Position numbers and translations under genes: made by a program. A DNA stretch of 64,000 bases from an uncultured Planctomycetaceae bacterium (GTDB lineage Bacteria; Planctomycetota; Planctomycetia; Planctomycetales; Planctomycetaceae), in contig CAXBME010000028.1 in assembly GCA_963976765.1 (NCBI GenBank), forward strand, positions 1-64,000, in the 5' to 3' direction. Numbering within the stretch: the first letter of the stretch is position 1; every line of letters begins with the position of its first letter. Below the pieces are notes generated by a model, which had not been told where the DNA came from, made no database searches, and saw only the letters and a list, made by a program, of their open reading frames with translations. Below, in pieces: positions 59,829 through 64,000 of the stretch.

Positions 59829-62021
59829 ATGTCCGACTCTTCGCAATCTGAGCAATCCGATATATCCCAGTTCGATCGCACACTTGAAGACCCGACACCG
59901 TCTCGTGCTGTTCGTATTCTTGCTGGAGTTCTGATTGTCGCTCTGATGATCTCTGGCTTCGCCGTTGTTGGGACGAGTTTCGCCATCAGCGACGATCAGC
60001 AGACAGACAATGAAAAAGACGCGACAGAATCGTCCAGCGACGCTACCTCGAAAAACACGGTCATCGGCCCCGATGGCAAGCCGCTGGAGAATCCGTTTCC
60101 AAACCGCTTCCCGGCTCCCAGCCTCGATGGCGGCGAAGCGTGGCTCAACACGTCCGGCGAAATCTCGCTGAAGGATTTGCGGGGAAAGGTCGTCCTGATC
60201 GACTTCTGGACCTACTGCTGCATCAACTGCATTCATGTCCTGCCCGACCTGAAGTATCTCGAGCAGAAGTATCCGAACGAGCTGGTCGTCATCGGCTGCC
60301 ACTCAGCGAAGTTCGACAACGAGAAAGACACCGAGGCCATTCGTCGCGCCATCGTCCGGTACGAAATCGAACATCCCGTCATCAACGATTCAGAGATGAT
60401 CGTCTGGCGAAAAATGGGAGCCCGTTCCTGGCCGACACTGGTCCTCATCGACCCGGAAGGAAATTACTGCGGCTACGTTTCTGGCGAAGGCAACCGCGAA
60501 CTGCTCGACGTTATCGTTCAGAAACTGATTGACTGGCACAGCGCCAAGGGAACGCTCGACAGAACTCCTGTCGAATTTGACCTCGAGCAAAACAGAATGA
60601 AGTCCGGCCCGCTCAAGTTCCCCGGCAAACTGCTGGCCGACACGGCCAGCAACCGGTTGTTCGTTTCAGACAGCAACCACAACCGCATCGTCGTGTCGAC
60701 ACTTGATGGCAAGCTGATCGACGTCATTGGCAACGGCCAGATCGGAGCAAACGACGGCGGCTACTCGGAAGCGTCATTTGATCATCCGCAGGGAATGGCC
60801 CTCGACGGTGAAACTCTTTACGTCGCCGACACCGAGAATCACCTGCTTCGAGCTGTCAATCTGAAAACGAAGACGGTTTCGACACTGACCGGAACCGGAA
60901 TGCAGGATCGAAGTCGCACAACCGGTGGCCCTCTGAAAGCCACAGCCCTGAACAGTCCGTGGGATCTGGAAATCGTCGACGGAACACTTTTCATCGCGAT
61001 GGCCGGACCGCACCAGTTGTGGTCTCACGAAATCGGCTCCAACGACATCGGCGTCTTCGCCGGCACCGGACGGGAGGACATTCTCGACGGCCCGCTCGAC
61101 CAATCGGCACTTGCCCAGCCTTCCGGCATCTCCAGCGACGGAAATTTCATCTACGTCGCCGACAGCGAAGGCTCATCCATCCGCCAGGTTTCTGTCGACC
61201 CGAAAGGGAAGGTCACCACGATCGTCGGTGCTCACGATCTGCCCAACGGACGAACTCTTTTTGAATTCGGCGACCGCGATGGCATTGGCGCCGACGCTCG
61301 ACTGCAACACCCGCTCGGAGTTCATTATTCGGACGGCAAGGTCTTCGTCGCCGACGCCTACAACCACAAAATCAAGGTAATCGACGTCGCCAAACGAGAA
61401 GTGACCACCTTGTCAGGAACAGGAATCGCTGGGGCAGACCTCGCCCCGTTGCAGCTCCACGAGCCAGCCGGCATGACGCTTTCTGGTGACACCCTTTACA
61501 TCGCCGACACAAACAACCATCGAATCGTCACGATCGATCTGAAAACACGACAGGCGTCACCCTTTGAAATCGTCGGACTTGCCGAACCCATCAAGCCGAC
61601 CGGAGAATCAACCAGCCTCGAATCGGAAGGAGTTCAGTTTCTCCAGCTGCCGCCGCAAAAAATCGCCGCAACTGATGTCATGACTCTGGCCGTCGAACTT
61701 CAGATTCCGGAAGACTACAAACTGAACGACCTTGCTCCGCTGCGAGCGAAAATTGTCGCCAGCAGCCAGCAATCACTGATCGCCGAAGAGCGTCTCGGAA
61801 AGAGCATCAAAGGCAAAGCCGATGGCACCACCGCAATTTTTGAGATTCCACTGGCGGCGTCTGAAGGCTCAGCTCAACTGCAACTTTCAGTGACTTACTC
61901 ATTCTGTCGCGGGGGCGTTGGCGGACTCTGCAAACTGCACACTTCGCGATGGTCACTACCGATTGAAGTCACAGCCGACGGCGCGGCCACCATCAATCTA
62001 AAGACGGATTTGCCGAAGTAG
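59829..62021 (+). CDS. Thioredoxin-like + NHL-repeat protein (NHLRC2/SOQ1-like)
   Basis: N-terminal TM; DFWTYCCINC.H; HSAKF.NE; WPT...IDP; NHL repeats (FPGK, F..PQG, SPWD, QPSG, QHPLG, EPAG); C-terminal YSFC.....GLC. Confidence 0.9.
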   Translation: MSDSSQSEQSDISQFDRTLEDPTPSRAVRILAGVLIVALMISGFAVVGTSFAISDDQQTDNEKDATESSSDATSKNTVIGPDGKPLENPFPNRFPAPSLDGGEAWLNTSGEISLKDLRGKVVLIDFWTYCCINCIHVLPDLKYLEQKYPNELVVIGCHSAKFDNEKDTEAIRRAIVRYEIEHPVINDSEMIVWRKMGARSWPTLVLIDPEGNYCGYVSGEGNRELLDVIVQKLIDWHSAKGTLDRTPVEFDLEQNRMKSGPLKFPGKLLADTASNRLFVSDSNHNRIVVSTLDGKLIDVIGNGQIGANDGGYSEASFDHPQGMALDGETLYVADTENHLLRAVNLKTKTVSTLTGTGMQDRSRTTGGPLKATALNSPWDLEIVDGTLFIAMAGPHQLWSHEIGSNDIGVFAGTGREDILDGPLDQSALAQPSGISSDGNFIYVADSEGSSIRQVSVDPKGKVTTIVGAHDLPNGRTLFEFGDRDGIGADARLQHPLGVHYSDGKVFVADAYNHKIKVIDVAKREVTTLSGTGIAGADLAPLQLHEPAGMTLSGDTLYIADTNNHRIVTIDLKTRQASPFEIVGLAEPIKPTGESTSLESEGVQFLQLPPQKIAATDVMTLAVELQIPEDYKLNDLAPLRAKIVASSQQSLIAEERLGKSIKGKADGTTAIFEIPLAASEGSAQLQLSVTYSFCRGGVGGLCKLHTSRWSLPIEVTADGAATINLKTDLPK

Positions 62022-62822
62022 TTGATGAGCATTTCCGCAGACTACACCTCCCGCTGGTTCGATCTGGAACGCCTGCTTGACGAATCATTCGTCCGCGAAA
62101 TTGAGTTTCGTCGGGAGTGCGGATCAACGAACGACCTGGCTCTCTTACCGAATCCTGAGCGGAAGTCTCCGTCGCTTTTTCTGACGGATTCTCAAACCGG
62201 TGGGCGTGGGCGAGGCAGAAATCAATGGTGGGCTCGCGACGGAGCGCTCACATTTTCACTCCGGCTTGAGCCAGCTGAATTCTTAGTCACGCACGAACGA
62301 TGGCCGCTCGTGTCGTTGACAACAGCGCTCGCGGTCGCCGACATCCTGGCCAGCTTCGCCCCCGGTCAGAAAGTCGGACTCAAGTGGCCTAACGATGTTT
62401 TCCTGAACGGGCGAAAGATCTGTGGTATTCTCGTCGAACCGCCACTCGGCTCAACATCAGAACTGGTCATCGGAGTCGGCATCAACGTGGCCAATTCACT
62501 CAGCGACGCCCCCGACGACGTTCGAACAATCGCGACCTCAATCTTCGACGAAACCGACACCGACTTCAGCCCGTCCGATGTGCTGCTCAGCTTCCTTCAG
62601 CGGTTTGAGGCTCTGATCCGAGACCTTGGTAATTCAACGCTCAACCTGAAGGACCGCTGGCAGCAACAATGCACGCTGACCGGCCAGCAAGTTTCACTCG
62701 AATCGGGAGATCGCCGGATCGTCGGCCTCTGCCACGGGATCGCCGAAAACGGCGCGATTAACGTCGAAACAGATGGAGCCGTCCGGTCATGGTTCGGCGG
62801 CATCGTTAGAATAATCCACTGA
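62022..62822 (+). CDS. birA: Biotin--[acetyl-CoA-carboxylase] ligase (no HTH domain)
   Basis: STND, QTGGRGR...W, KWPND, KICGILVE, IG.GIN. Confidence 0.9.
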   Translation: MMSISADYTSRWFDLERLLDESFVREIEFRRECGSTNDLALLPNPERKSPSLFLTDSQTGGRGRGRNQWWARDGALTFSLRLEPAEFLVTHERWPLVSLTTALAVADILASFAPGQKVGLKWPNDVFLNGRKICGILVEPPLGSTSELVIGVGINVANSLSDAPDDVRTIATSIFDETDTDFSPSDVLLSFLQRFEALIRDLGNSTLNLKDRWQQQCTLTGQQVSLESGDRRIVGLCHGIAENGAINVETDGAVRSWFGGIVRIIH

Positions 62823-62836
62823 CGGTCGAGGAATTC

Positions 62837-62898
62837 GCCGCGAAAACGCAATGAATCACAACACGAGTTTTCTCACGACTCTCTGTGCTCTTTGCGGC
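62837..62898. repeat. Imperfect inverted repeat between convergent genes; same family as the 25643 arm; possible bidirectional terminator
   Basis: GCCGCGAAAACGCAATGAATCAC ... CTCTCTGTGCTCTTTGCGGC. Confidence 0.5.
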
Positions 62899-62924
62899 AA
62901 TCGTTCGTGCCATCACTCGTCCGC

Positions 62925-63974
62925 TCAAAGCGATTTCAGCCAGGCAGTCAGCAGCGCCGGGTACGCGGCCAGGTCATCTTTGTGAGCCATCTCGGTGACC
63001 GTGTGGATGTACTTGATCGGGCAGGCGAAGGCGACGGTTCTTACGCCTCGGCGAGTCCTCTGAATGGCGGCTCCATCCTGGCCACCTCGGGCAAGAATGC
63101 CTCGCTGCGTCCTGATGTTCTCAGCTTTGGCGATGGCTTCGATTTCTTCGATCAAACCAATGTCGCCGATCATCGACGAATCCATGATGTGCAGACACAA
63201 GCCGTCACCGGCAACGGTGACACGTTCTTCGTCAGGGACGCCGGGAGTCTTACAGCACAGAGTCGTGTCGCAGGCGATCGCGAAGTCTGGTTCAATTTCG
63301 TAAGCGGCAGGAAACGCCCCTCGCAGTCCGACTTCTTCCTGAACAGTCCACGCGGCGTAGACATCGCAGTTGTGATGATCGAGGGCTTCGATCGCCCGAA
63401 TCTGAGCCCAGCAGCCAACCCGGTTATCCAGACATTGCGAAACGACGCTGTTTCCGACTTCGGAAAACGGACCATCAAGCACCACCATGTCGCCAACCTG
63501 AACCTGTTCCTTCACCGTTTCACCCGGCAGACTGAGGTCGATGAAAAATTCGGAGATCTCCGGCACTTTCTTACGGTCAGCTTCCGAAGCGATGTGAATC
63601 GGTTTCCCGGCGGGATTCATCACGCCGGGGATCTCGCCATCGGTCGTGCAGATCCGAACCCGTCGAGCGAAGAGATTGCGAGTGTCAAAACCGCCAACCG
63701 GAATGACTCGCACAAACCCGTCGTCACTGATGTGTCGAACCAGAAACCCGATCTGATCCATGTGAGCTGCCAGCATGACTTTGACGGGAGTCTTCGGTGC
63801 CGAGTCGCCATCTTTCGGTCGAGCACGTCGAACGCCGATCAGCGAGCCCATCGCATCCGTCGTCAACTCGTCGAACAGTTGCTTCTCCGTCACGTAAGAT
63901 TTGATGACCTCGCGAATGCGTGCTTCGCGACCAGGAACCGAAGGGGTCTGAGTCAGTTGTTCCAGCAGCTGCAT
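62925..63974 (-). CDS. M42 family metallopeptidase (TET aminopeptidase / Frv-like)
   Basis: PG.E, AAHMDQIG, GG.D, LDNR.G, VQEEVGLRGA, D, GG.D, YIH...E. Confidence 0.92.
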   Translation of the reverse strand: MQLLEQLTQTPSVPGREARIREVIKSYVTEKQLFDELTTDAMGSLIGVRRARPKDGDSAPKTPVKVMLAAHMDQIGFLVRHISDDGFVRVIPVGGFDTRNLFARRVRICTTDGEIPGVMNPAGKPIHIASEADRKKVPEISEFFIDLSLPGETVKEQVQVGDMVVLDGPFSEVGNSVVSQCLDNRVGCWAQIRAIEALDHHNCDVYAAWTVQEEVGLRGAFPAAYEIEPDFAIACDTTLCCKTPGVPDEERVTVAGDGLCLHIMDSSMIGDIGLIEEIEAIAKAENIRTQRGILARGGQDGAAIQRTRRGVRTVAFACPIKYIHTVTEMAHKDDLAAYPALLTAWLKSL

Positions 63975-64000
63975 CGTGATGCTCCGTCATCTTCATCCAG

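Overview
A 64-kb bacterial chromosomal window. It is almost certainly from a Planctomycete (DUF1501, DUF1592/DUF1552 pair, DUF1080 proteins, sulfatase, Tat-exported Gfo/Idh/MocA). No rRNA, tRNA, CRISPR array, transposase or phage genes were recognised. In order, it holds: the tail of a Pro-Ala-repeat protein; an AcrB-type RND pump with its MFP; uxuA; a secreted zinc metalloprotease; a housekeeping block (PP2C, PIG-L deacetylase, holB, beta-CASP nuclease); a ~16-kb divergent exopolysaccharide locus (Wza, Wzc, O-antigen-ligase/TPR, four GT4s, putative polymerase, ATP-grasp ligase, deacetylase, internal minisatellite); DUF1592+DUF1552; a His-rich CzcA/CusA-type metal-efflux operon; assorted metabolic genes; and a Dabb / NHLRC2-SOQ1-like / birA cluster. 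The most unusual observations are: (1) three degenerate copies of a heptamer-periodic palindromic element (two complete 81-bp copies) inserted in frame and in the same phase in the czcA-like gene; (2) five cytoplasm-facing EPS proteins ending in an R-x(0-3)-AA tail resembling a ClpXP degron; (3) a deacetylase plus ATP-grasp pair that may amidate the EPS; (4) a recurring short linear motif in low-complexity linkers or tails of four unrelated proteins. All product calls come from motif recognition by eye, not database searches.
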